Below are positions 9,677 to 19,338 of a stretch of DNA of 64,000 nucleotides, in pieces. The notes under the pieces were generated by a model. It was not told the DNA's origin and ran no database searches. It saw nothing but the letters and a program-made list of their open reading frames with translations. Every line of letters begins with the position of its first letter. Position 1 is the first letter of the stretch. The position numbers and the translations under genes were made by a program. Source of the stretch: a plasmid; sequence record NZ_CP027239.1; one strand, written 5' to 3'.

Positions 9677-12600
9677 TTAGGTGCGAGCTGCGAGCTCCTC
9701 GCCGAGAGTGGCCAGCCACCGCTGGTGCCACTGGATGGCGTTGGTGTCGCCGGCGACCTTGAGGGTGTCGAACGCATCGTGCTTCTCGCCCGAGGTGTAG
9801 TACATCGGGTTCGTCGCCAGCTCGATCAGACCGGTCTTGTCCTTGACCAGAGCTTGGACCAGGCCGGGCAGCATCGCCGGCAGGTTCGACAGGTCCGTCG
9901 GATTACCCAGGCCTGCAGTGTCGAAGGCTTCACCCACCCGGTCAGTGACCAGGCCGAGGTTCTCCGCGGCGCGCTCACCGGCCTTGGGCAGGCCCTCGAT
10001 GATCGCGGGAATGTCCTGCAGCTGCTCGATCACCTCGGGAATCGCGGTCGGCAGCTGCGTGATCGTCGTGGCGATCAGCGCCGTGCCGGCCGGCACATCA
10101 CCGACGTGGATCAGCCCCACTCCAGCAACCAGGTTGATGATCGCGATGATGGTCTCCGGGCTCAGCTTGAGGTCGGGAAGACCTGTCACCTGCAGCACCG
10201 TGTCTACTGCCTGCACCGCGAGCATGCCGCCCATACGGGTGGGCCCGTCTGCGTTGGCCAGGTCGTTGACGTTGAGCGCCACATTGCGGCCCAGCTGCAC
10301 CAGGGACCGGGCCAGCTGCGAGTCCTCGGGGAGCGAACAGACGATGTCGCCCGGCACGCACGGTGAGGCGACGCGGCCGGTCAGCTCACCGAAGTCGGCC
10401 TCACGGGGGCCGGACAGTCCACCGCCGGACACCGCCTGCATCGTGATTTCCTCGACATCGACCCGCTCGCCCTCACGCGACTTCGTGCTTGAGGGGGCAG
10501 AGGCTGTTGCGGTCGCTGCGGGAGCACTGGTGGAGGCTTCCGGCGCCGCGCCGGCCGCGCGACGCTGCGACGTTGTCGGTTCGGAGCCGGCTGCCCGGCG
10601 CTGCGAGGTCGTCGGCTCAGCACCGGCTTCACGCTGAGTGGTCGAACTGGCCTCGTTGTCCGCTGTGGTTGCCGCCGTGGGCCTGGGTTGGCCCTGTTCG
10701 TCGGCGGTTTCCGGGGCCTGGTCCTCAGTGGTGGTGCTGACGCTGTCCTGCCCCGAGTCGGTGGTGCCCTGGTCCGCGTAGCGATCGGTGGTGGTGGCCT
10801 GGCCTTCGCTCACCGTTGTCTGTGCGGCGGTCGTCGCGGGCCCCGCGGGTGCGGGAACCTCGGCCGCCACATCGGTGACGGGGGGAAGCGAGGGCACGCC
10901 TCGTGACGCGGCGCCGCTGGCGCAGTCCTCGAACGACTTGGTCAGGCACTCTTCGGCGAACGCGGCGGGGAGTTGGTCACGGCTGGGGGCGCCGTCCGTG
11001 GTCTCGGCTTCTGCTCGAGCGGTGGCGGCCACCAGGGAGGCGGTGGTGACGGCGGATTCGGCCTCCCCTGAACCATTGGCGTGGGCGCTGATGCAGTCCT
11101 GCAGCGTCATCGTGCCGCACCCGCCGATGGCGTACAGCGATTCCACGGCGCGGGGCCGTGACCGTTCGTCGCTGGCAGTTCGGCCTAGTTGCCAGCCCTG
11201 GGTCAGCAGGGTCCGCGCTTCGTCGGCGCCGGCAGCGTCGTCGGAACCTTCCTGCTGCACAACGACCATGCCCGCTTCTTCGTTGTCGGCCAGGGCCAGA
11301 GTCTTGGTCTCTGCAGTCGCCGGGTTGAGCAGGTAGGAGATCCCTGACGGCACCGACAGGTTGCCTCCGGTGAAGGCACGCTGCGCGGCTGCTACCTGGG
11401 CGGCCAGGCCACTGCCGTAGGCCTGCATCACCTTGAGCTCGGCGGCGTTGGCCGGGGTCTCCCAGTAGGAGCGCACGTCGTCCCGGGCGGGGACGGCGGC
11501 GACGGACTTGATCTCGGTGCGGGTGACGCCGTGGGTGCAATCGTCTGCGCGTGGGCTGCTCTCGCACCCGTCGGTGGCGTCGGTGGCGATGGTGACCAGG
11601 GCGGTCGCGTTCGCCGGGCGGTTCTCGCCGGTGGCCTCTTCCATGTCGGCCGGCGGATGCGAGCCGCCGCAGGCCTCTGCGGATCCGCGGCCCAGGCACA
11701 TCTCGGCGAGGGTCTGGAGGTCGGCGGGGTCTCCGTCGGCTGTCACCAGGTTCTCGGCGTGCGGGTTGGTGCCGGTCTCGGCGCCGTCGCCTGCGGTGGC
11801 GGGCTCGGCGCCCTCGGCCGCCGTCTCGTCGTCGGTGTCGAGGGAGTTGCCGTTGTCGACGTAGCTGGTCAGGCAGGAGATGAGGCTGGCGTTGCCGCAG
11901 TCGCCGTCACGGAACGCTGCGGCGAACTCTTCTGACTGCTCGTCCGTCAGGTCGGCGCCCACGCTGTCCAGGATCTGCTGGCCGCTGACCGGTGCCCCTT
12001 CCCCGGGGGACTCGTCGTTGGCGAGGACGATGGCGGGTCCGCCGCCGGCGGGGCGGCTGTAGTCGCCGTGGACGGTCGAGGGGCCGGATGCCCCGTAGGG
12101 CAGCATGTAGAGCCCGTTGTTGATGTTGAGCGTGCCGTCGGCTTCGTAGTTGGCGCCGCCGATCTCGGGTAGCCCGCCACCGGTCTGCGGCAGGCCGCCA
12201 CCGGTCTGGGGTAGGCCGCCCCCTGTGCGTGCTCCGCCGTTGATTTCGGGCAGCCCTGAGCCGGTGTCGGGCAGCCCGCCCCCTCCGGCATCGGCACCGC
12301 CGCTAGCCCCGCCGCCGCTGCCACCGCTGGTGCCGGCTCCACCGTTGCCTGCCTGCGGCTGCAGAAGCTCTGCCGCCGACGACGGGATGCTGGGCAGCAG
12401 ATCCTGGCCGCTGAAAATGCGGGACAGGTCGTTGATCGGGTCGACGGCACTGCGCAGCTGCGCGAGGCTCGGATCCTTGAGCGCCTCGTCGATAGCGCCG
12501 GTGATGATCTCGGGGAGCATCGGCTGCTGCTGGGCCGTACCCACGATCAGATTGGAGTTCTCTTCACGGCGAGGGTCGGAGAACAGCACCACGCCGCCGA

Positions 12601-13321
12601 TACGCCCGGGGTCGACCGCGGTGCGCTTTTGTCCGATCTCCATCGCGGCGTTGCCGGCGATCTCGGCGCCCTGGGAGAACCCGGCCAGAAAGATCTGCGA
12701 CCCTTCGCACCGCTCGGCCACATCGACCACTGTCGCCAACGTTTTCTTCTGGCCACTGTCGACCGAGCGCTGGTAGGCGGTGCCGTTGACGCCGGCGTCG
12801 CCGTCGTAGTTGATGAACGTCGCCGACAGCTGGCCACCGAGGGCCTGCTTCAACGGGGCCACGAAGTTGCCGAGGAGTCCGACCGGTTGATTCGGGTCGT
12901 CGTCGCGGTTGATCTCGAACGTTCCGGGCACACCGATGAACACGTTCGGTGCGCAGTCCGGCCGGGTCGATGACTCGATCCCACCTGCCGGGGCGGACGT
13001 CTGCTGCTCGCGGAAACCACCCTCGGGGACGAACGGGTCAGCTGCGGCCCTGATGCCGCCGGCGATGTCCATTTCGCCTCCGCCGGCCTGCCCGAGTCCC
13101 GGGATGTTCGGCAGGTCCGGGGATCCGGGGATGGACGGCAGCGCCGCCCCGGCGCCGGAGTTGAGGACGGCTTGCAGGTCCTCCAACTGGGGCATCCCAG
13201 CGTCCTGGGCCTGCGCGGGAGCTGCCAGTCCGGCGGTCAGGACGACGGCAGCGGAAACTGCACCCACGGATTGCAGGGCCACTTGCATCCGAGTCGGCCT
13301 GAATTTGGGTGGATGAACCAT
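9677..13321 (-). CDS. Large secreted multidomain protein (1,214 aa) with an N-terminal cutinase-like serine esterase domain, Gly-rich tandem repeats, Ser/Thr/Ala-rich linkers and an uncharacterised C-terminal domain
   Basis: Signal peptide ..AVSAAVVLTAGLAAPAQAQD. Cutinase-like FLAGFSQGAEIAGNAAM (GxSxG) preceded by a CAPNVF..GT.E segment. Repeats GGGLPQTGGGLPQTGGGLPEIGG. RBS AAAGGGGA lies 6 nt before ATG 13321. Confidence 0.75.
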   Translation of the reverse strand: MVHPPKFRPTRMQVALQSVGAVSAAVVLTAGLAAPAQAQDAGMPQLEDLQAVLNSGAGAALPSIPGSPDLPNIPGLGQAGGGEMDIAGGIRAAADPFVPEGGFREQQTSAPAGGIESSTRPDCAPNVFIGVPGTFEINRDDDPNQPVGLLGNFVAPLKQALGGQLSATFINYDGDAGVNGTAYQRSVDSGQKKTLATVVDVAERCEGSQIFLAGFSQGAEIAGNAAMEIGQKRTAVDPGRIGGVVLFSDPRREENSNLIVGTAQQQPMLPEIITGAIDEALKDPSLAQLRSAVDPINDLSRIFSGQDLLPSIPSSAAELLQPQAGNGGAGTSGGSGGGASGGADAGGGGLPDTGSGLPEINGGARTGGGLPQTGGGLPQTGGGLPEIGGANYEADGTLNINNGLYMLPYGASGPSTVHGDYSRPAGGGPAIVLANDESPGEGAPVSGQQILDSVGADLTDEQSEEFAAAFRDGDCGNASLISCLTSYVDNGNSLDTDDETAAEGAEPATAGDGAETGTNPHAENLVTADGDPADLQTLAEMCLGRGSAEACGGSHPPADMEEATGENRPANATALVTIATDATDGCESSPRADDCTHGVTRTEIKSVAAVPARDDVRSYWETPANAAELKVMQAYGSGLAAQVAAAQRAFTGGNLSVPSGISYLLNPATAETKTLALADNEEAGMVVVQQEGSDDAAGADEARTLLTQGWQLGRTASDERSRPRAVESLYAIGGCGTMTLQDCISAHANGSGEAESAVTTASLVAATARAEAETTDGAPSRDQLPAAFAEECLTKSFEDCASGAASRGVPSLPPVTDVAAEVPAPAGPATTAAQTTVSEGQATTTDRYADQGTTDSGQDSVSTTTEDQAPETADEQGQPRPTAATTADNEASSTTQREAGAEPTTSQRRAAGSEPTTSQRRAAGAAPEASTSAPAATATASAPSSTKSREGERVDVEEITMQAVSGGGLSGPREADFGELTGRVASPCVPGDIVCSLPEDSQLARSLVQLGRNVALNVNDLANADGPTRMGGMLAVQAVDTVLQVTGLPDLKLSPETIIAIINLVAGVGLIHVGDVPAGTALIATTITQLPTAIPEVIEQLQDIPAIIEGLPKAGERAAENLGLVTDRVGEAFDTAGLGNPTDLSNLPAMLPGLVQALVKDKTGLIELATNPMYYTSGEKHDAFDTLKVAGDTNAIQWHQRWLATLGEELAART
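12165..12290 (-). repeat. Tandem approximately 21-nt coding repeats (GGGLPxTG-type heptapeptide units) inside the secreted protein gene
   Basis: DNA repeats of the form ccaccggtctg(c/g)ggcaggccg(cc). At protein level GLPDTG, GLPEING, GLPQTG x2 and GLPEIG. Confidence 0.6.
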
Positions 13322-13340
13322 GACGGTCCCCTTTTAAGTT

Positions 13341-13359
13341 GAGCAGATTGATTCCGATG
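13341..13359 (-). promoter_or_regulatory. Motif-1 copy (CATCGGAATCAATCTGCTC) just upstream of the RBS of the 1,214-aa secreted protein gene
   Basis: Motif, then 7 nt, then AAAAGGGGA, then ATG. Confidence 0.55.
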
Positions 13360-13482
13360 TGCCGTCAACGGTAACAGAGAGGCATGCCGCAATCTTCGGC
13401 AAAAATGGCCCCGACGCTGCACTGATGCCGCGCAGACGGCGGCAGTGACACGCCCCGCGACGGCGGCTCTATCCTGGCCCGC

Positions 13483-14580
13483 ATGACCGATCCATCGGTG
13501 GCGGACATCGCCGCCACCATCGCCGCAGCCGAGACGCTGATCGGCGCCACCAGCAGCGCTGACGCCCACGCGGACCTGGCGGGCTACCTGCGCGAGTCGC
13601 AGATGGTGCTGCCGCTTCCTGAGCTCGACACCGAAGACGCCGCCATGGTGTGCGTCGATGGGGCGGTGGCCTGCGAGCAAACCGACACCCTGGCCTGGAT
13701 CGCCGCTGTCGCCACGGACAGCACCTCGCGGGTGATGCGGCGCAAGACCATGGTCGTTCCGGTGTCGTCGTCGATGGACCAGGTGCGGTCGGCGGTGATG
13801 GGCCTGTGCGAGATGTCAGCGGCGGTCGAGCTGTACGACTGCGGGATTGACGCGTGGATGGACGGGGGCCTGGTCACCCCGCTTCTGTCTGTGGCCACCG
13901 CCCTGCAGTCGGCGGACCCGCAAACGGCCACCGCCCTGTGTGACCTGCTGGATGAGGTCGACGCCGCCGCGATCATCGACGGCTACGTCGACCACGCCAC
14001 CCAGGGGTCCATGTCGGCGCTGCCCAAGCAGGACACGGCGAGCTCGTTCTGCATGGCGTGGTCGCAGGTCGACGCCCTGGACGAGCAAACCCGGCTCTGG
14101 CTGCCGCGCCGGCGGGACCGCACGGTCGCCGCGGCGGTGATCGGTGACGGACAGTTCTTGGCGCCGCGCCGGGGAGTGGAGGCGCTGCGGGTGGCGGCGA
14201 AACCTCCGAAGTCAGGGCACCGTCGAGCTACGGCGTGGGCCCGCGTGCTGGAGGACTTGATGGCGGACTGGCGGGAACTGGTCCATCCCTGGGTCACCTA
14301 CGCCGTCCCTGCCGGAGCGACGATTGGCAGGGCCGTGAAGGTCGAGCTGACCGCGCCGGCTACAGCCAGCTCCAGTGAGGTCGTCGAACTGGCAGGGCGC
14401 CGCGCGGGGCAGGCCTGCGCCGGGCTGACTGGTTCGCGGGTGATCGAGCCGTACCAGCAGTACGTCGTCGACCACCTCGCGAAAACCGAAGTCCGGGGGC
14501 TTCTTTCCCGCCTAGTCGGGCAGGCCCAGTCTGCTCTGATGCGCGATCATCCCGGCGCCGTGTCGCATTTTCGGAGCTGA
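13483..14580 (+). CDS. Hypothetical protein (365 aa)
   Basis: Long ORF divergent from the secreted-protein gene. No recognised domain. Confidence 0.55.
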   Translation: MTDPSVADIAATIAAAETLIGATSSADAHADLAGYLRESQMVLPLPELDTEDAAMVCVDGAVACEQTDTLAWIAAVATDSTSRVMRRKTMVVPVSSSMDQVRSAVMGLCEMSAAVELYDCGIDAWMDGGLVTPLLSVATALQSADPQTATALCDLLDEVDAAAIIDGYVDHATQGSMSALPKQDTASSFCMAWSQVDALDEQTRLWLPRRRDRTVAAAVIGDGQFLAPRRGVEALRVAAKPPKSGHRRATAWARVLEDLMADWRELVHPWVTYAVPAGATIGRAVKVELTAPATASSSEVVELAGRRAGQACAGLTGSRVIEPYQQYVVDHLAKTEVRGLLSRLVGQAQSALMRDHPGAVSHFRS

Positions 14581-14586
14581 GCAGGG

Positions 14587-15540
14587 CTACCCGTTGATGA
14601 TGCCGACGATGGAGTACGTGCCGTCTGTCTCTTCGACGTAGATCGTCTGCTCGTCTTCGGTGCGGACGAGCTCCTGGCCGTCACTGCGGAACACGATCAA
14701 GTCGACGAGGAACACGTCCTCCTCGCCCTCCTGTGGGCGCATCTTGAGGCAGTGAGCGGTCTCTTCCGGCAGTTCGTCGATCGCTTCCTGCAGCGACTCG
14801 GCGGTCGTCCCGGTGATCTCGTCCGACATGAACCCTCGCGCCGCGGTGCCGTTGCGGTCCACGTAGTAAGCGTGGTCGAACGCGAGGATCACGTCGGTGC
14901 CACTGTCGCGCGACCCTGGACCATTGCCGGCCACCGTGCCTCGAGGACTGTCCGAGCACTCTTCGTCTGCGGCGGCCTGGGCGCTCTGAACTGCGGGCGC
15001 CTGCGAGGTCGACGTCGCCGAAGACGTCGCGGTCGTCTGCTGTGGCTCGGGAATCCGCAACGGTTCCCCGTCGTCGTCACCGTCGCCCAGCAGCCCGGAC
15101 AGCGGGCCCATGGTGATCAACGCCCAGACCATGGCCGCCAGGATCGCCACGACCAGGACAATCACGATCGCGACACCGAGGCAGCCGGACCTGCGGCTGG
15201 GTTCTGGCTCACGCTCAGTCTCCGGGCTGGGCACCGGGTCGATCTCGGTGCCGCCACTTTGGGTGACCGCGCGGGCGCGGGTGCGGCGGCTGCGGGATCT
15301 CGCCACGGCCGGCTGGTTCGCGAACTCCTCGATCGGGGGAGGGGCGAGCATGCCGTCGTCGTCGTCGTGATCGGCGTCGGCGTCGTAGGACAGGATCGCC
15401 GGAGACGCGGCCGACATTGCAGCTGTGCGGTCGGGTTCGGCGGGGGACGGTCTCGCGTGAGGGGCGGTGTCAGCTACGTACGGTTCGACGTCCTGGTCGT
15501 CGTCCCAGTCGTCGTCCCAGTCATCGTCATGGTCAGCCAT
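14587..15540 (-). CDS. Membrane-anchored hypothetical protein with acidic N-terminus (DDDWDDDWDDD), one TM helix and an extracytoplasmic C-terminal domain
   Basis: Hydrophobic segment GCLGVAIVIVLVVAILAAMVWALITMG. Convergent with the upstream gene across a 6-nt gap. Confidence 0.55.
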   Translation of the reverse strand: MADHDDDWDDDWDDDQDVEPYVADTAPHARPSPAEPDRTAAMSAASPAILSYDADADHDDDDGMLAPPPIEEFANQPAVARSRSRRTRARAVTQSGGTEIDPVPSPETEREPEPSRRSGCLGVAIVIVLVVAILAAMVWALITMGPLSGLLGDGDDDGEPLRIPEPQQTTATSSATSTSQAPAVQSAQAAADEECSDSPRGTVAGNGPGSRDSGTDVILAFDHAYYVDRNGTAARGFMSDEITGTTAESLQEAIDELPEETAHCLKMRPQEGEEDVFLVDLIVFRSDGQELVRTEDEQTIYVEETDGTYSIVGIING

Positions 15541-15727
15541 AGTTGGTAGACGGGCCGATAGGCGGCGTCGTCGTTCCCCTTTCCTCGCGGATTACTCCTC
15601 GCTACCTGCCCAGGTGGAAGAGGCGCTCGCTGATGGTGGCTTCACCCTAAGGGCCGCTCATGCCGCCACTGCCCGCTGAAATGGCGACGGCCCCCGAGGC
15701 ATACTCGGGGGCCGCAAAGTGGCGAGG

Positions 15728-16954
15728 TCAGAACGTGAAAGCCATGTCCCCAATCGGGGTGCTGATCTCGATCGACCCCGATGCGTCGTGGATGCCGTAG
15801 TTCGCCAGGGTGGCCCCGCCTGTGACCGACACCGTGCTCGCCCCGTCAGGGGAGGACCACTGCCCGTCCACGCCAGCGGTGCCCACGTTCGGCGCGGTCT
15901 GCTCGTTAGTCGCCGAGAACCCGCCGGTGCCGGACACGCCGCCAGTGGTGGCCCAGGTTGCGTTGTAGTTGCCGTTGGAGGCATCCCAGGTCTGGGCGGC
16001 AGTGGCCTGCTCGCCGCCGCCGGTGGTCGTGTTGGAGACGTAGGAGGTCGTGTCGCTGACCTCGACGGCGGTGCCGGTGGCAACGCCGCCAGCGGCGATG
16101 CCCACCTCGGCGCCGTTGTCCCGCGGAGCGGAGTACGCCGAGACCTGCCCGACAGGCTCTGCGGGTGCGGCCGGGGTGAAGGTCCCGGAGGTCGGCGTCT
16201 GACTGGCCGCCTGAACGCGCTCGCTGTAGTCGCTGCCGGCCTCGGTGCCCGCTGCTTCCACGGTGGCGTCGGCGGCTGGTGCCGGGTCGGGGGCAGGTAG
16301 CTCGGTAGCCACACCGCCCTGCCCCCTGGACTCGCCTGCAGTATCGGCGCCGGAGACAGCGGAGACATCGGCGTAGGGCGCAGTCTCCTGCTGAGCGGTC
16401 TGGGGCGCCACGGCCTGCGGCGCCACGGCCTGCGGCGAGGTGGCCTGCGGCGAGGCGGCCTGCGCAGGTGTGACACGCGATGCCGGCTGCACCGTGGCCG
16501 TGGGGGCGGACTGCGTCACGGCCGCGGGAGTGGCGGTGGTTGCCGCGCGAGCGGAGGTATCGGCCTGCGCCCGGGCGGGGGCGCTCGCCTGCTGTGTCGG
16601 AGCGGTGGTCGCCGCAGGCTTGGCGTCCGTCTTGGCCTCAGCCTTGCGCTCGGCAGGAAGTTCGGTGGTGACGCCGCCCTGTCCGCCGCTGGAGGCGCGG
16701 GACTGCGACTTCTCGGCCTGCTTGATGGTCGGTGCCGGGGCAGAGGTCTGCTTCGGCGACGAGCTCTGCTTCTTGGTGGAGGTGGGCTTGGCTGTGTCGG
16801 ATTTCGCGCTCGGCGACTGCGTCGCAATGGTCGTGGTCCCGCTCGGCGCCTCGGTGGCGACGCCTCCCTGCGCGGCGTACGCAGTCCCTGTGGCTCCGGC
16901 GATGCCGCCGAGCGTCAACGCACCGACGGCGAAGACCTTCTTCTTGGCGCTCAT
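15728..16954 (-). CDS. Secreted Ala/Thr/Pro/Ser-rich repeat protein (408 aa) with recurring QGGV(A/T)TE(L/A)P motif
   Basis: Signal peptide MSAKKKVFAVGALTLGGIAGATGTAYA. RBS GGGAAGGGG lies 8 nt before ATG 16954. The overlapping Arg-rich ORF 15658..16476 is a shadow. Confidence 0.6.
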   Translation of the reverse strand: MSAKKKVFAVGALTLGGIAGATGTAYAAQGGVATEAPSGTTTIATQSPSAKSDTAKPTSTKKQSSSPKQTSAPAPTIKQAEKSQSRASSGGQGGVTTELPAERKAEAKTDAKPAATTAPTQQASAPARAQADTSARAATTATPAAVTQSAPTATVQPASRVTPAQAASPQATSPQAVAPQAVAPQTAQQETAPYADVSAVSGADTAGESRGQGGVATELPAPDPAPAADATVEAAGTEAGSDYSERVQAASQTPTSGTFTPAAPAEPVGQVSAYSAPRDNGAEVGIAAGGVATGTAVEVSDTTSYVSNTTTGGGEQATAAQTWDASNGNYNATWATTGGVSGTGGFSATNEQTAPNVGTAGVDGQWSSPDGASTVSVTGGATLANYGIHDASGSIEISTPIGDMAFTF

Positions 16955-17108
16955 CAGAGGCCCCTTCCCTTACCGCAATTTGTTCCGATCGACAAAATCG
17001 TATCGCACGGGCGTGTTATAGCCCTCCGAACTCGCGAGCTCCGCACGACACCACAGTTGTCAGTACGCGCCGATAGTGTCGCGCCGACGCTTAACGAATG
17101 GAGCCCCT

Positions 17109-19322
17109 GTGAGCCAATTCGGCGCTGATCGCATCGCCGTCGTCGGATCGCCGTCGGACTGCACCTCGGTGGTGCTGAATCTGCAGCGAGACGCCTACGG
17201 CAAACCTCTACTCGGGACGATGGTGATGCTGCGTAACCAGTACACCGACGGATCCTGCGAGCTCGGGCTGGGCACGGTCACCGGAATCCAGACGGTCAAC
17301 CCCCATCTTGCGCCGACCTCCCCGTTGGCTCCGCACGTGGCCTCGGGGCAGTCCCTGGAGTGCGCGGGCGACGACAACGACACCCGGTCGGTGACGGTCA
17401 AGATCGAGGCGGTCTTCCGCGACGACGGTGGCGGCAACTGGACCCGCTATGGCACCACCCTGTCGACCTCCCCGGCCACCGGGACTACGGTGCAGGTGTT
17501 GACGCAGGAGGCTGCGGACGAAATCATGGCCAGCGACCGGGCGCCGGCCTACATCGGGCCGCTCCGCGGATCGGATGTTCTGGTGCCGTTCACGCTGCCG
17601 GATTTCTCGGGCCCTTCCGGCTCGGTGCACGGCGCCACGCTGGGCGCGACAGGTAGCGGCAAGTCGAACTTACATTCGTACGTTCTGGCCAATGACCTGC
17701 GGTGGACCGGAAAAGGTCACGTTATTCTCGACCCGCAGGGCCAGTTCGTAAATGGGTTCGGATTGCCGTTCTCCCTCATCGGTTTAGCCGAGGCGTGCGG
17801 CAGGACCGTGCACGCCGCGAGGCTCTCCCAGTCTCTGCGCCTGCGCAAGGACGCGCCCCTGTTCCTGCTACTGCTCGCCGAAGCCGGATGGTTCCGCAGT
17901 CTGGCGTTCGGGTCCGGGGCCGACGAACAGGTCGCCGCTGCCCGGTCCGCGCTGGAATCGGCACTGCGCGACACCAAAGCCCTCGAATCGGCCTGCCAGA
18001 CCGGGGACTGGACGCTGGCCGCCCCGGATGCGCTGATGCGCTACCTGCTGAGCTACCTCGACGACATCCTGCCCGCCGGCACGATCTACGCCGGCCGTGA
18101 ACAGCAGGAGCGCGTCCGACGCACCATTCGGCTTCGCCGCACCAACGCAGAGGGCATCCCCGTCGGCCCCGATGGGGAACCCATCGACCCGACCCTGCTG
18201 GACAAGCTGCCCGCCGGGGCGCTCGACGAGGACGGCGACCGGACATTCGCGCGACTGCTGGCCCCCTTTGCGGCGCTGCACTCACTGTGGTCGCCCTACT
18301 CGCCCTCCGGCGCAGCGAAGATCGCCGCAGGCGCCAAGGACACCGACCTTGGGCCAGAGGATCGCCGACGTGACGCGTGGGGCCTGATGCGGGAGGTCAT
18401 GTCCCCCAAGCCCGGGGAACCAGCACCGTGGTTGATTCTCGATCTGAGCGCCGACCTGTCGAGGATGCACCTCAGCAGCGCCGGGGACGGAGACGACGAC
18501 GCCGTCGGCGACGCGATCCGCCTCCTGGACTCCGACGACGTCAAGGCCCGCATCATCCGCCAGCTGTTGACCACCCTCGAGCTTGTCGGACAGCAGGAGT
18601 TCTCCCGCGGCACCCCGCTGAACGTGCAGGTCGACATCGACGAGGCGCACCGCTGGGGCGGGCCGATCGACCCCCGCAACTCCTCGGAAGCGCGGATCGC
18701 ACTATCGAACCAGCTGGCGCGGATGCACCGGGAAGTGCGCAAGTACGGCATCGGATTCTGGTCGATCCTCCAGACCGCCACCGGCCTCCAAGACGAAATC
18801 TGGAAGCAGCTCACCCGCCTGTTCGTGGGGTACGGCCTGCTCGACGCGGCGGAACTGTCACGGTTGGGCAACCGGATCCCCGACGCCCACCTGCAGCTAT
18901 ACCGGTCGTCACCGCCGCCGGCCGCTACCGGCCGATACCCGTGGATGCTGGTCGGAGGCGGCGTCACCGGACTGTCACTGGGCTCGAACCCCGTGTCGAT
19001 TGAGGCGTTCAACGACCCCGACCAGTGGCTGCTGGCGAATCAAGAATGGATCACCGACCTGCGCCGACAGTTCTCGCACCGCCTCCCCGAAGGCGACACC
19101 GGTGGGAAACTGCGCGCTCTGCCGGGCAGGCCATCCCTGTCAGACGCGTCGATGGCGCAGCATGTCGAGCGGCAGCAACGAGCCGATGCCAGGGGCAATG
19201 CTGATGCGGTGCGCAGTGTGGCCGCTAAGCGCGGTCAACCGGCAGAGGTCCCTGGGGCGCCGAAATCTGCGTCAGCCTGGGCGTCGAAAGACTTCGAGCT
19301 CGACGACCCGCCACCGTTCTGA
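17109..19322 (+). CDS. HerA/FtsK-superfamily ATPase (HAS-barrel-like N-terminus plus DUF87-type P-loop domain)
   Basis: Walker A GATGSGKSN and Walker B VDIDEAHRW. N-terminal beta-rich segment resembles the HerA HAS barrel. GTG 17109 preceded by GGAG; the alternative GTG 17076 lacks an RBS. Confidence 0.7.
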   Translation: MSQFGADRIAVVGSPSDCTSVVLNLQRDAYGKPLLGTMVMLRNQYTDGSCELGLGTVTGIQTVNPHLAPTSPLAPHVASGQSLECAGDDNDTRSVTVKIEAVFRDDGGGNWTRYGTTLSTSPATGTTVQVLTQEAADEIMASDRAPAYIGPLRGSDVLVPFTLPDFSGPSGSVHGATLGATGSGKSNLHSYVLANDLRWTGKGHVILDPQGQFVNGFGLPFSLIGLAEACGRTVHAARLSQSLRLRKDAPLFLLLLAEAGWFRSLAFGSGADEQVAAARSALESALRDTKALESACQTGDWTLAAPDALMRYLLSYLDDILPAGTIYAGREQQERVRRTIRLRRTNAEGIPVGPDGEPIDPTLLDKLPAGALDEDGDRTFARLLAPFAALHSLWSPYSPSGAAKIAAGAKDTDLGPEDRRRDAWGLMREVMSPKPGEPAPWLILDLSADLSRMHLSSAGDGDDDAVGDAIRLLDSDDVKARIIRQLLTTLELVGQQEFSRGTPLNVQVDIDEAHRWGGPIDPRNSSEARIALSNQLARMHREVRKYGIGFWSILQTATGLQDEIWKQLTRLFVGYGLLDAAELSRLGNRIPDAHLQLYRSSPPPAATGRYPWMLVGGGVTGLSLGSNPVSIEAFNDPDQWLLANQEWITDLRRQFSHRLPEGDTGGKLRALPGRPSLSDASMAQHVERQQRADARGNADAVRSVAAKRGQPAEVPGAPKSASAWASKDFELDDPPPF

Positions 19323-19338
19323 CGAGGGGCTCGGTCGC

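Noticed and set aside
12165-12290. Internal LPQTG motifs of the secreted giant protein as true sortase sorting signals.
   Set aside because: They are internal, tandem and not followed by a hydrophobic segment and basic tail. They more likely come from a Gly/Pro-rich linker repeat. They are noted in the surface/secretion module finding.
12150-12776. Plus-strand ORF 12150..12776 with PPP/GSP repeats.
   Set aside because: It is the reverse-complement reading of the Gly-rich repeat region of the minus-strand secreted-protein gene.
16440-17021. ORFs 16440..17021(+) and 16732..17076(+) upstream of the HerA-like gene.
   Set aside because: They overlap the confident secreted-repeat gene on the opposite strand and have a low-complexity Ala/Val/Arg composition.
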